Notes: a model not told the origin generated them from the sequence alone. A DNA stretch of 64,000 nucleotides from Candidatus Latescibacterota bacterium (GCA_965215195.1 CBDCDC010000002.1:192001-256000), one strand, 5' to 3'. Positions 8,530 to 17,997 are shown, numbered from the stretch's first letter. Numbers and translations are program-made.

Positions 8530-10230
8530 GTGCCAATCGCTGAAACAGTATTAAACGGCATCCAAGACAGAGGCCGACGAGCACTGCCCATTGAGAGAAT
8601 TTATCGACACCTCTACAACCCCGACCTATTCCTACGTGCTTATGGGCGCATCTACCGAAAAACAGGGGCGACCACACAAGGCATCACAGAAGAAACCACA
8701 GATGGCATGTCAATGAAGAAAATCAATACCCTCCTAGAGAAATTCCGCTGTGAGCGTTACCAATGGACTCCGGTAAGGCGGATATATATTCCCAAGAAAA
8801 ACGGCGGGCGGCGTCCGCTCGGCATCCCCGTTTGGTCCGATAAACTGGTACAAGAAGTCATGCGATCCATACTGGAAGCCTACTATGAACCCCAGTTTAG
8901 CGATCTGTCCCACGGCTTCCGAGCTAACCGAGGCTGTCACTCTGCACTAAGAGAAATTGCAAAATGGAAAGACATAGACTGGTTTATCGAAGGCGACATC
9001 AAAGAATGTTTTGACAGCATAGACCACGATCTACTACTGTCCATATTGAAAGAGAAAGTCCACGATGATCGATTCATTGTCTTACTCGGCCAGCTTCTCA
9101 AGGTCGGATATGTAGAGTATGGGAGCTACAAATCCACCCTGATCGGCACCCCACAAGGAGGGCCTGTAAGCCCAATCTTTGCCAATGTGTATCTCGACAA
9201 GCTGGATAGGTTTGTCGAAAACACACTCATGCCTCGCTATACAAAAGGTAATTGGAAAACCGCGAGGAACTTGCAAAGAATAATGCGGCAAAGGCCGCTA
9301 TCTAATGCCAAAAATCATATCTTTAGACGACTGCGCTATATCCGATACGCCGACGACTTTCTGATTGGCTTTACCGGGCTAGAGGCAGAAGTAAAAGAAG
9401 TCAAGAGGTGCCTCAAAGGATTTCTCCAAGAAAAGCTGAAATTGGAACTATCAGAGGACAAAACCTTGCTCACGTACGCCCGCACCGAGAAAGCACAATT
9501 CCTCGGATACGAAATCAAAAGAATGACTGAAAATACCAAACACAAAAAAGGCCGAAAGCCGATCAACAACGCGCTGAGTCTCAGCGTTCCAATAAGATTC
9601 ATAAAAGAGCGATGTGAACTCTATATAAAATACGGGCGAATAATGCCTCGTGCCGAACTGATCAACGACAGCGACGCCGACATCACGAGTTTCTTTCAGA
9701 GCCGATATGCCGGTTATGTGCAATACTACATGCTTGCCCACAATGTCCACGCCTTAAACGAAGTGCGATGGGTTATGGAGAAGTCCTTGCTCAAGACGCT
9801 TGCCAAAAAGCATAAAACGAGCGTCAATCAGTTTGAAAAACAGTACAAGACGACCATCCAAACACCCCACGGTCCGCAAAAGTGCTTGGAGATGCAGGTG
9901 GTAAATCGAGAAGGAGAACCACAGATCGCACGCTTTGGCGGCATTCCTCTCAGACGACGACAAGGTAAGACCATTGAGGATCAAGCCCAAAATGATGCTC
10001 CCACGAGCAAAGGGACAGAACTCATCCAACGCCTGCTGGCAAACCTATGCGAATGCTGCGGCTCAGCGGGCAGAGTCGAAGTTCACCACATCCGAAAACT
10101 CGCCGACATCAAAAAGGGGAGGTCGCCAAAACCCAAATGGACGCAAGAAATGATCGCGCACCAGCGAAAAACCTTGATTGTGTGCAAAAAGTGTCATCGC
10201 GCCATCCATTCGGACCAAATCAGCCACTGA
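8530..10230 (+). CDS. Group II intron-type reverse transcriptase/maturase with C-terminal HNH endonuclease
   Basis: RPLGIP..DKLVQ, SHGFR, WFIEGDIKECFDSIDH, GTPQGGPVSP, RYADD, thumb/X domain, and CECCG..VEVHHIRKL..RKTLIVCKKCH. GTG at 8530 (MPIAETVL) matches the usual N-terminus of this class. Confidence 0.93.
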   Translation: MPIAETVLNGIQDRGRRALPIERIYRHLYNPDLFLRAYGRIYRKTGATTQGITEETTDGMSMKKINTLLEKFRCERYQWTPVRRIYIPKKNGGRRPLGIPVWSDKLVQEVMRSILEAYYEPQFSDLSHGFRANRGCHSALREIAKWKDIDWFIEGDIKECFDSIDHDLLLSILKEKVHDDRFIVLLGQLLKVGYVEYGSYKSTLIGTPQGGPVSPIFANVYLDKLDRFVENTLMPRYTKGNWKTARNLQRIMRQRPLSNAKNHIFRRLRYIRYADDFLIGFTGLEAEVKEVKRCLKGFLQEKLKLELSEDKTLLTYARTEKAQFLGYEIKRMTENTKHKKGRKPINNALSLSVPIRFIKERCELYIKYGRIMPRAELINDSDADITSFFQSRYAGYVQYYMLAHNVHALNEVRWVMEKSLLKTLAKKHKTSVNQFEKQYKTTIQTPHGPQKCLEMQVVNREGEPQIARFGGIPLRRRQGKTIEDQAQNDAPTSKGTELIQRLLANLCECCGSAGRVEVHHIRKLADIKKGRSPKPKWTQEMIAHQRKTLIVCKKCHRAIHSDQISH

Positions 10231-10282
10231 TGTTAGGCTCTGGCGGTTTGGCCTCTTTATCAAAATCTCAAAGGAGCAACTC

Positions 10283-11665
10283 ATGGAAACAGCCACACAC
10301 CAGCCAGCGAATGAGCCGCACACGATCTTGTTATGCACCGTCGGCGGTGCTCATCAGCCGATTCTTGAGGCAATTGACTCAACGTCACCTAGCTATGTCT
10401 GCTTCTTCTGCACGGACAAAGATCCCGTGACCCAAAAGCCAGGTACTATCGGTCATGTGACCGGTAGTGGCTATGTCATCAAGGCTGACTACAACGAAAC
10501 TAAGCCTACGTTGCCGAATATCCCCACCCAAGCGCGTCTTAATAACGGCGAGTTTGAAACGCAGATAGTCCCGGCGGACGACCTTGATGGGGCTTATTTA
10601 GTCATGCGTAACGCCATCATCAACTTGGCTGCGCGATTTTCGGGCCCCCGATTTATCGCCGACTATACGGGGGGCACCAAGACGATGACGGCGGCACTTG
10701 TATGCGCTGCCTTACAGGGGAGGGATGATGTCGAGCTTCAACTTGTTACGGGTACCCGTTCCACTCCCACCATCGTGGACGATGGAACCGAACAGGCGAT
10801 GACAGCGAGCGTGGCTCGTCTGCGCCTTGAACGGGCGATGGCACCCTATCTTGGGGCTTGGTCGCGGTATGCGTATTACGAAGCCGCGGAAGGGCTGAGA
10901 AGCATCCGAATTGTCAGCAACGACCGCGATCGGCAGGGGTTCCTCTTTGTAAGCTCACTAAGCCGAGCCCTAGCTCTTTGGGATAACTTCAATCATGCCG
11001 ACGCATTAAAGTTGATGCGGCACTATGGAGGGCAAGTCGCTCAATGCTATCCGAAAATGTTGCCTTGGTTGGACTTACTCGCTAAGGAGAAGGGGAACGA
11101 ACCCGCACTGCTGTTTGACCTCTGGTTAAATGCCCAGCGGTGTGCAGCCCAAGGCCGGTTCGACGATGCGATTGCGCGATGGTACCGCCTGCTGGAGTGG
11201 ACAGCTCAATGGCAACTGCAAACGAAGCTCAAGGCCAATACCGCGGATTTTGCATCTGATTTGCTGCCATCGGGTGTTGACGCGGCTCCAAGTAGCGATA
11301 AAAAAATCAAGCTCGGACTTTGGCAGGCATGGCAAGTCGTGAAGCACCATGAACGCCTGTCGGGACCCGCTCAAGAATTCATCAAGAACCACGGGGGGAA
11401 GGTCTTCGATTTACTTAAGGTACGCAACAATTCGATACTGGCTCACGGTTTTCGTCCAGTGAGTGACTCGGACTGGCAGCAGGTGTATTCGTGGACGCAG
11501 GACAAATTCCTGCCTGCCCGTTCTGCGTCAGTTAGCCGCCAAAGCAAACATAAAAAAAGAGCCGGAGCAACTCCCGACCACACCTCCAGAATTCTTCACC
11601 TGAACCGCGTCCGACAGTTACTGGCTCGCTTGATCCGTTTGTCTCAGTACACGACAGCAACCTAA
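10283..11665 (+). CDS. CARF-HEPN cOA-activated ribonuclease (TIGR02710/Csm6-like); C-terminus frameshifted, probable native stop at 11603
   Basis: LLCTVGG, DYTGGTKTMTAAL (CARF), YRLLE, and HEPN RNNSILAH. RBS AAGGAG. CCTG duplication at 11509-11516. Confidence 0.85.
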   Translation: METATHQPANEPHTILLCTVGGAHQPILEAIDSTSPSYVCFFCTDKDPVTQKPGTIGHVTGSGYVIKADYNETKPTLPNIPTQARLNNGEFETQIVPADDLDGAYLVMRNAIINLAARFSGPRFIADYTGGTKTMTAALVCAALQGRDDVELQLVTGTRSTPTIVDDGTEQAMTASVARLRLERAMAPYLGAWSRYAYYEAAEGLRSIRIVSNDRDRQGFLFVSSLSRALALWDNFNHADALKLMRHYGGQVAQCYPKMLPWLDLLAKEKGNEPALLFDLWLNAQRCAAQGRFDDAIARWYRLLEWTAQWQLQTKLKANTADFASDLLPSGVDAAPSSDKKIKLGLWQAWQVVKHHERLSGPAQEFIKNHGGKVFDLLKVRNNSILAHGFRPVSDSDWQQVYSWTQDKFLPARSASVSRQSKHKKRAGATPDHTSRILHLNRVRQLLARLIRLSQYTTAT

Positions 11666-11829
11666 GTTGTGGCACGACGCTGATGGGCTTGGTTGTGCAA
11701 CGGCTGGTTGAAGAAGCCCGAAAGCTGGATCGCCCGGTGCGACGTTTTGCTCTCATTGATCGCCGTTCCCAAGACGAGCAGGACAGCGATCCGTTTGTGC
11801 AGGGCGATTGCCACTGGCTTGACAACTGA
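11659..11829 (+). pseudogene. C-terminal fragment of a second CARF-like protein
   Basis: NLSCGTTLMGLVVQRLVEEARKLDRPVRRFALIDRR...DPFVQGDCHWLDN*. NLSCGT resembles the CARF [DN]xTGG[TK] motif. No upstream part is present. Confidence 0.45.
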
Positions 11830-12339
11830 ATGAGACTGAGGCTATTGATGCCTGCCACTATTCTTTGCTCATCTGCCAGACCCTCCAACGCCTCACGAGC
11901 AACCCCCAGTACAAGCTCAAGCGATACCACATCACGACCCAGTAACACCTGCATTTTTTGCACTTTTGCACCAGTTCGGCCCCTCGCCCCGCTCCTCGCC
12001 CGGCAGTGCCTCTTGCGTAAGTAACGCATTTACAATGCCTTAACGGCCCCTCAACCAAGTCTGGCATTGGATTTGCTATCTATACGTAGGTCGATGGTCC
12101 CTGCCGTGCAGCCGGGAGAGTTTCACGGCCTAATAGGGCAAGCAATTTGGGCACTTGATGCTTTGCAGCTCCCAATTGAAACGGTGAGAGTGCAAATTAT
12201 GCACTTTGAGCACCCCAAGGCCGGTGCTTCTAACTCGCGCAATTTGAGTGCCTTGCAGGCCGTCGGCTCGAAATTGTTGCAACGGAGGGCAAAAATTTGC
12301 GCCTGCTAACCCCATTTCCAAGGAGGTTTCGCGATCCAA

Positions 12340-12885
12340 GAGGTGAAGTGTTGACTCATTGCTAGGGGATTGAAGCTGAGGATGAGGATGGTACGTTGGT
12401 TGTTTTTCGCTACGCGGCGGTAAATTAGCCCAATCAACCTAATAACCGGGAGAACAAGATGGAAGATTATTCGGCGGTAGTCTGCAAAGCCGTAGTGGAT
12501 CATATTTCAATACGCTACGGATCAGCCGGATCAGCCAGATGTTCGAGAAGGTGGGTAGAAACCGAACCCGGCTTGATGCACAGGATTTCTAGAAAATGGC
12601 TGGCGGACCACAGGCGTTGGGTGGAGTTTCGCCACGCGCCCAAGCGGCAACAGGCTGCCGAGGATTCCGAGCGTCGCCGGCGGGCTGTATATGCTCGCTA
12701 TGCCTTGCTCGAGGAATGGGAATTTGTCGATAGTAAACGGCCGGGTAAGGCCCGGTCTTGGTTTGCTCCTATTTGAAGAGTTGCCCCGATTGCTAGGGGA
12801 TTGAAACTGTGGGAGCATGATGGGAGCACGCGGAGCATGAGCCGAGTTGCTTAGCGCGTTGCCCCGTTTTCCAGAGGATCGAAAC
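12340..12885 (+). CRISPR. Relic second CRISPR array with a variant repeat, interrupted by a non-repeat insert
   Basis: Intact 37-mer ATTTGAAGAGTTGCCCCGATTGCTAGGGGATTGAAAC at 12771-12807. Degenerate copies at 12340-12376 and 12849-12885. A 41-nt spacer separates the last two. Confidence 0.7.
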
Positions 12886-12917
12886 CACCCCAGCGCCACA
12901 GCCCAGCGATTCCGCCC

Positions 12918-13637
12918 ATGCGCCTCTGCGACTTTCCAATCCTGACCTTCGACACCTATGGAACCCTGATCGACTGGGAGACGGGAATCTGGGATGCGCT
13001 GCAACCGCTCTGCTCGCGTCTGGCCGACCCGCCGACCCGCGAGGCGGCCCTCGCAGCATTCGCACGGGCGGAATCGGCCGGCCAAGCGGCCACCCCGGAC
13101 CTGCTCTATGCCGACCTCTTGGCAGCCACCCACCGCACACTGGCCCGGACTTGGGGCCGCGAACCCGAGGATGCCGAGAGCATCCGCTTCGGCCAGTCGG
13201 TCGGGGACTGGCCGGCCTTTGCCGACGCGGCCGAATCGCTCGCCTACCTGCAACGCCACCACCGGCTGATCACCCTCACCAATTGCGACCGCGCCAGCTA
13301 CCAGGGCAGTGCCGCCCGCCTCGGCGATCCTTGGGACGCGATTCTCACGGCCGAGGAGATCGGCTCGTACAAACCGTCGCTGGCCAACTTTGAATTCCTG
13401 CTCGCCCGGGTGGCGGCCGACTTTGGCCATGCTCCCGGGAGCATCCTGCACGTCGCCCAGAGCCTCTTTCACGACCACGTGCCGGCCAAGGCGCTCGGAC
13501 TGACGACGGCATGGATTGACCGGCGTGCGGGGCGCAAAGGCGGCGCGACAGTACCGCCGCAGAAGGCAGTGGAACCCGACTTCTGTTTCAAAAGCATGGC
13601 GGAGCTGGTCGCCCAGCATCGCGCCGAACGGGCCTGA
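12918..13637 (+). CDS. HAD-superfamily hydrolase (haloacid dehalogenase type II-like)
   Basis: LTFDTYGTLIDWE, IGSYKPS, LHVAQSLFHD. Confidence 0.92.
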   Translation: MRLCDFPILTFDTYGTLIDWETGIWDALQPLCSRLADPPTREAALAAFARAESAGQAATPDLLYADLLAATHRTLARTWGREPEDAESIRFGQSVGDWPAFADAAESLAYLQRHHRLITLTNCDRASYQGSAARLGDPWDAILTAEEIGSYKPSLANFEFLLARVAADFGHAPGSILHVAQSLFHDHVPAKALGLTTAWIDRRAGRKGGATVPPQKAVEPDFCFKSMAELVAQHRAERA

Positions 13638-13735
13638 ATCCGCCCCGGCGGCGCGTGGACGAAAGCGAAATGCGCCGCTAATTTCTAGAGGACGGCTCCC
13701 CCTTGGTGCTAATGCTAACGGAAGGAGAAAGACGA

Positions 13736-13918
13736 ATGGAGTATCGACACATAATCACCATTGAACCCGGAAAGCGCAGTGGTAAGCCGTGCATTCGCGG
13801 CATGAGGATTACCGGCTATGATGTGCTTGACTATCTCGCCTCGGATATGTCCGTTGAAGAGATTTTGCGCGACTTTCCCGAACTTACGGACGCATCACGC
13901 TGCAATTTTGAGATTTGA
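13736..13918 (+). pseudogene. DUF433-family antitoxin, C-terminally truncated; no toxin partner
   Basis: ITIEPGKRSGKPCIRGMRIT..DVLDYLAS..SVEEILRDFPELT, after which the usual EDIRACLAYAA tail is lost. Confidence 0.75.
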
Positions 13919-13984
13919 GCAAAACGATTTTGCGCTGGAATAAATCGCTTCGTTATACGGGAAAGGATTCAGGATCGAGACCCC

Positions 13985-14746
13985 ATGAGCACACCCCTCC
14001 ACGATCGCATCGCCTTAGTAACGGGCGCGGCTGGCGGCCTTGGCCAAGCAATATGCCGCGCCTTGGCCGCCGAAGGCGCAACAGTCGCCCTGCACTACCG
14101 CACTCAGCAGGATGCTGCCCACGCACTCGCGGCCGAGCTGGGCGGAGCCGCCTTTGAGGCCGATATAACCGAGGCGGCGGCCGCGCAGTCGCTGGTTGAG
14201 GGCGTGGCCGGGGAACTGGGCGGGTTGGACATTTTGGTCAACAACGCCGGCATCACCATCGGCGGGCAGTTCGTGGCCGATATGGCGCTGGCGGACTGGC
14301 ACCGAGTGCTCGATGTCAACCTCAACAGCGTCCTCTATATGTGTAAGGCCGCCCTGCCCCTGATGCGTGAGCGGGGCAGTGGCGCGGTCGTCAATATCGC
14401 CTCGAATGTGGTCAACACCCTGCCCGGCGGGGCCGCAGCGTACGCGACCACCAAGGCCGGGGTCGTGGCCTTGACCAAAGTGCTGTCCAAAGAGGAAGCC
14501 GCGCACGGCATCCGCGTCAATGTGGTGTCGCCGGGGATCATCGACGCCGGGATGGGGCGCGGGGCGCTGGCGCGGCGAGCACCGGCAGTGCGGGCGCAGT
14601 TTCTCAGCAGCATTCCCATGGGCCGGGCCGGCGGGCCGGAAGAGGTGGCCGCGGCCGTGGTCTTTTTGGTCTCGCCGGCGGCCAGCTACGTGACCGGACA
14701 ACACCTAAGCGTCAATGGCGGCGACCGCACCGAGTCCTACCAGTAG
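13985..14746 (+). CDS. SDR-family oxidoreductase (FabG-like)
   Basis: TGAAGGLG, NNAG, YATTK. Confidence 0.92.
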   Translation: MSTPLHDRIALVTGAAGGLGQAICRALAAEGATVALHYRTQQDAAHALAAELGGAAFEADITEAAAAQSLVEGVAGELGGLDILVNNAGITIGGQFVADMALADWHRVLDVNLNSVLYMCKAALPLMRERGSGAVVNIASNVVNTLPGGAAAYATTKAGVVALTKVLSKEEAAHGIRVNVVSPGIIDAGMGRGALARRAPAVRAQFLSSIPMGRAGGPEEVAAAVVFLVSPAASYVTGQHLSVNGGDRTESYQ

Positions 14747-14881
14747 AAGGCACTGCGCCCCAATTTGTGATAGACACCTATACTAACAGTAACTATATTG
14801 GATTACTAACATTTATGAACCTATCGCTCCCGCTGCAATGTCGTCGGGAAGCGCGTCTAATCTCGAAGCGATCTTACTGAA

Positions 14882-16894
14882 ATGAAGTACTTATTCACCG
14901 GCGGCGGCACGGGCGGCCACGTGTACCCGGCCTTGGCCATGGCCAACGAAGTTCGGCAGACGCGGGCAGACGCCGAATTCCTCTATGTGGGCCATCGAGA
15001 CAAGTTAGAGTCTTGGGTGGTGCCCGAGCAGGGGTATCCCATCCGCTTTGTCCGCGCCCGCCCCTTCCCCCGGACGCGCTCTCCGGTGGCCCTGTTGCGG
15101 TTCGCCGGTGCGCTCGCGGTCGGGGTGGTCCAAGGGGTGTGCATCCTCTTGCGCTACCGGCCCCAAGTCATCGTCAGCACGGGCGGCTTTGTCAGTGCGC
15201 CGATCCTCTTCGCGCATGGGGCGTTGGCAAAGGTCGGCCTTTCTCGCGCCCGCGTCTTTATCTACGAGCCGAATGCTTACCCCGGGCTTTTGAACCAAAT
15301 TAGCGGGCGGCTGGCCCAGCGAATCGGGGTGGCGTTTGAGCAGGCGGGCCGCTGGTTCGACATGAAGCGGGTGGCGGTGGTCGGCTATCCGGTGCGCCGC
15401 TCTTTTTTGCACCTCGACCGGTCGGCCGCACGGGAAAAGTTGGGCCTTGCCCAAGGCCGCAAGGTCGTGCTCGCCTTTGGCGGGTCGGGGGGGGCCAAGG
15501 CCATCAACGAGGCCGTGCTCCAAGCCTTGCCCCTCTGGCAAGCGGCCGGGCTGGTGGTCATCCACGTCACCGGTCGCTACAAGGGGCCGGATTACGACGC
15601 CGTGGCAGAGACCGAGGCGGCCTTGGCGGCGATGGGGATGGAGGGAGAATGCGACTGGTATCGACGCCTCGATTACGCGGATCAGATCGCCGATCTGGTC
15701 GCAGCGGCCGATCTGGTCATTTGCCGCTCCGGGGCCGGTACGCTCACCGAGATGGCGGTCAGCGGGACGCCCACCCTGATTGTGCCACTGCCGACCTCGG
15801 CCGAAGACCACCAAGCCCTCAACGCCCGCGAGATGGAGCGGATAGGGGCTGCTCAGGTGCTCTATCAAGAGGCGTTTTGGGACAACGCCGGCATCCACAG
15901 TCGGGTAGATGGAGAAAAAATGGCGCGGCAGGTGCTCGCATTGTGCGCCGACGAGGCGCGCTTGCAGGCCATGGGCAAGGCCGCCAAGACCATGCCCAAG
16001 GCCAACAGCCTCGAACTCATCGCGGCCGAGCTGGACCGCCTCATCGCCGGGCAGCGGCCACCGGCGCTGCGCTTGGAATTGCCCCCGGCCAAAAGCGGCT
16101 TGCCGACCGCTCCCAACGCCTTGCTGCGCTGGGTGCAGGCGCGGGTCGCAGAGGTGGGGGGCGTGGAGGCGATGGAGCGCGGCGAACTGGCCTACCTGCG
16201 CTATCAAGCCGATCGCCTGCTCGCGTCCGAGGGTTGGTGCGAAATCCCGCTGGGGCAGCGCAATGTGGGCGTCAAGCTCGTGGCGGTCTTAAACTACCAA
16301 GAGCGGCTGCCCTTGCTGCTGCACATCCTCACCGACCGCACCCCGGCCGGCCGGCCGCGCCGCTTTTGCGGCGGCGACTTCCGCCACGGGGGTATTATAC
16401 GCCGCAATGCAATTGAATACGGCCTGCGCGGCTTGGGGGCGAGCGACGCGCAAACCCGGGCCGCGCTGCTCAACGCGCTGGCCGCGGACCCCTACTTCGA
16501 GGTGCGGGCGTGGGCCGCGCAGGCCCTCGGGGAGTTGTTTGCAGTTGATGGCGAGATCGAAGGCGTGCTCGGCGCGGCCCTCGACGATAGCGCACCAGAA
16601 GTGGTCGTCCAAGCCCTCGGTGCCCTCGGGAAAATAAGCCACAATTCCGACCTGCTAGCGCGGCTGCGTTGCTTCTACCGGCACCCGAACTGGCAGATTC
16701 GCGAGCAGGTCGTGCTGGTGCTGATCGAATTTTTGCAGCGCGGCGTCTTGGAGCCGGCGCAATTGGAGCGCGATCTCGACCAAGTCCTGATCTCGATGCC
16801 TTATTTCAAGCCGGAGTTTCCCCTCGGCACACACCTGCGCGAATTGGCCGATCTCGTGCACACCGAGCGGTCCCTAGTGGCTTCGCAGCGATGA
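14882..16894 (+). CDS. murG: MurG-like glycosyltransferase with C-terminal HEAT-repeat extension
   Basis: TGGGTGGHVYPA, STGGFVS, EPNAYPG, FGGSGGA, RSGAGTL, DHQALNA. C-terminal DPYFEVRAWAAQALG/DSAPEVVVQALGALG/HPNWQIRE repeats. Confidence 0.88.
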   Translation: MKYLFTGGGTGGHVYPALAMANEVRQTRADAEFLYVGHRDKLESWVVPEQGYPIRFVRARPFPRTRSPVALLRFAGALAVGVVQGVCILLRYRPQVIVSTGGFVSAPILFAHGALAKVGLSRARVFIYEPNAYPGLLNQISGRLAQRIGVAFEQAGRWFDMKRVAVVGYPVRRSFLHLDRSAAREKLGLAQGRKVVLAFGGSGGAKAINEAVLQALPLWQAAGLVVIHVTGRYKGPDYDAVAETEAALAAMGMEGECDWYRRLDYADQIADLVAAADLVICRSGAGTLTEMAVSGTPTLIVPLPTSAEDHQALNAREMERIGAAQVLYQEAFWDNAGIHSRVDGEKMARQVLALCADEARLQAMGKAAKTMPKANSLELIAAELDRLIAGQRPPALRLELPPAKSGLPTAPNALLRWVQARVAEVGGVEAMERGELAYLRYQADRLLASEGWCEIPLGQRNVGVKLVAVLNYQERLPLLLHILTDRTPAGRPRRFCGGDFRHGGIIRRNAIEYGLRGLGASDAQTRAALLNALAADPYFEVRAWAAQALGELFAVDGEIEGVLGAALDDSAPEVVVQALGALGKISHNSDLLARLRCFYRHPNWQIREQVVLVLIEFLQRGVLEPAQLERDLDQVLISMPYFKPEFPLGTHLRELADLVHTERSLVASQR

Positions 16895-17997
16895 TCTACT
16901 ACCTCGGGATTTACCTGCAAGATGCAGCCGAGGCCCTGTCGTTTTTGCGCTTGGTCGATTCGATCAGCTTTCGCGCACTCTGCGGCGCGATCACTTCGTT
17001 GATCTTCACCATTCTCTGCGGCGGGCGGGTCATCCTCTACTTCTACGGCCGGGGGCACCGCGACATGCCCCGCGACTATCTCAATTTTGAAGCCGTCAGC
17101 AGTCAAGCCAAAACCTACGGCGGCGGCCTAATCGTCGCTGCGATCTTGCTCAGCGTCGGTCTGTGGTGCAAGCTGCACAGCTTCTTTGTGCTGTTCTGCG
17201 TGGGGGCGATTGTCTGGTTTGCCGCGCTCGGCTGGATCGACGACTTCCTCAAGGTGCGCCATCGCTCTAGCGATCGCGGGCTGTCTGAGATGGCCAAGTT
17301 GGCCCTGCAAATAGCCTTTGGGACGGGGTTTGGCATTGCGTACGTCACCTATGCCCTCCCAGCCGAGGCGGCCGGCTTGGCGACCCAGCTCTATGTGCCC
17401 TTTTTCAAAAATCCGCTCCTCGACCTTTCGTGGGGCTATGTGCCTTTTATCGCCTTCACAGTGACGGCCATCTCCAACTCGGTCAATCTCGCCGACGGGA
17501 TCGATGGCTTGGCCATTGTGCCGACTTCTTTTGTCGTGGCCGTCTTTGGGGTGTTCGCCTATGTGTCCAGCCACGCCGAGATCTCGGCGTTCCTCATCTT
17601 TCCCTTTATGCCGGGCGTGGGAGAAGTCGCGGTGATTTGCTCCATCGTCTTTGGGGCCTGCCTCGGCTTTTTGTGGTTTAATTCCTATCCGGCCAACGTC
17701 ATCATGGGCGATACCGGGTCCATGGCGCTGGGCGGCTTGTTGGGCACGGTCGCCGTCTTGGTCAAACAGGAGTTCCTCTTCCTAATCGTCGGGGGGATCT
17801 TCGTCGGCGAGACCCTGTCGGTGGTGATTCAGGAAAAAATTGGCATCCGCTGGCTGGGGCGGCGCTTTTTTACCCGCTCGCCCATTCACCACCACTTTCA
17901 ACAGCGCGGCTTGGCCGACACCAAGATCGTCATTCGCTTCTGGATCGTGGCCGGCATCTTGGCGCTGTGCGGCTTGGCAACGCTCAAGATTCGCTAG
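16891..17997 (+). CDS. mraY: Phospho-N-acetylmuramoyl-pentapeptide transferase
   Basis: GWIDDFLK, SNSVNLADGIDGL, GFLWFNSYPANVIMGDTGS, SPIHHHF. ATG overlaps the murG stop. Confidence 0.93.
   Translation: MIYYLGIYLQDAAEALSFLRLVDSISFRALCGAITSLIFTILCGGRVILYFYGRGHRDMPRDYLNFEAVSSQAKTYGGGLIVAAILLSVGLWCKLHSFFVLFCVGAIVWFAALGWIDDFLKVRHRSSDRGLSEMAKLALQIAFGTGFGIAYVTYALPAEAAGLATQLYVPFFKNPLLDLSWGYVPFIAFTVTAISNSVNLADGIDGLAIVPTSFVVAVFGVFAYVSSHAEISAFLIFPFMPGVGEVAVICSIVFGACLGFLWFNSYPANVIMGDTGSMALGGLLGTVAVLVKQEFLFLIVGGIFVGETLSVVIQEKIGIRWLGRRFFTRSPIHHHFQQRGLADTKIVIRFWIVAGILALCGLATLKIR

Noticed and set aside
8530-10230. The RT as a DGR or retron enzyme driving LRR variation
   Set aside because: It has maturase/thumb and HNH domains and a GTPQGG motif typical of intron RTs. 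No avd, template repeat or msr-msd is seen, and it lies 27 kb from the LRR array.
12150-12183. Isolated ATTGAAAC as another CRISPR repeat
   Set aside because: The upstream bases do not resemble either repeat and there is no second copy.
12459-12776. 105-aa ORF inside the relic array
   Set aside because: No recognisable motif; cannot be supported as a gene, though it has a weak RBS.
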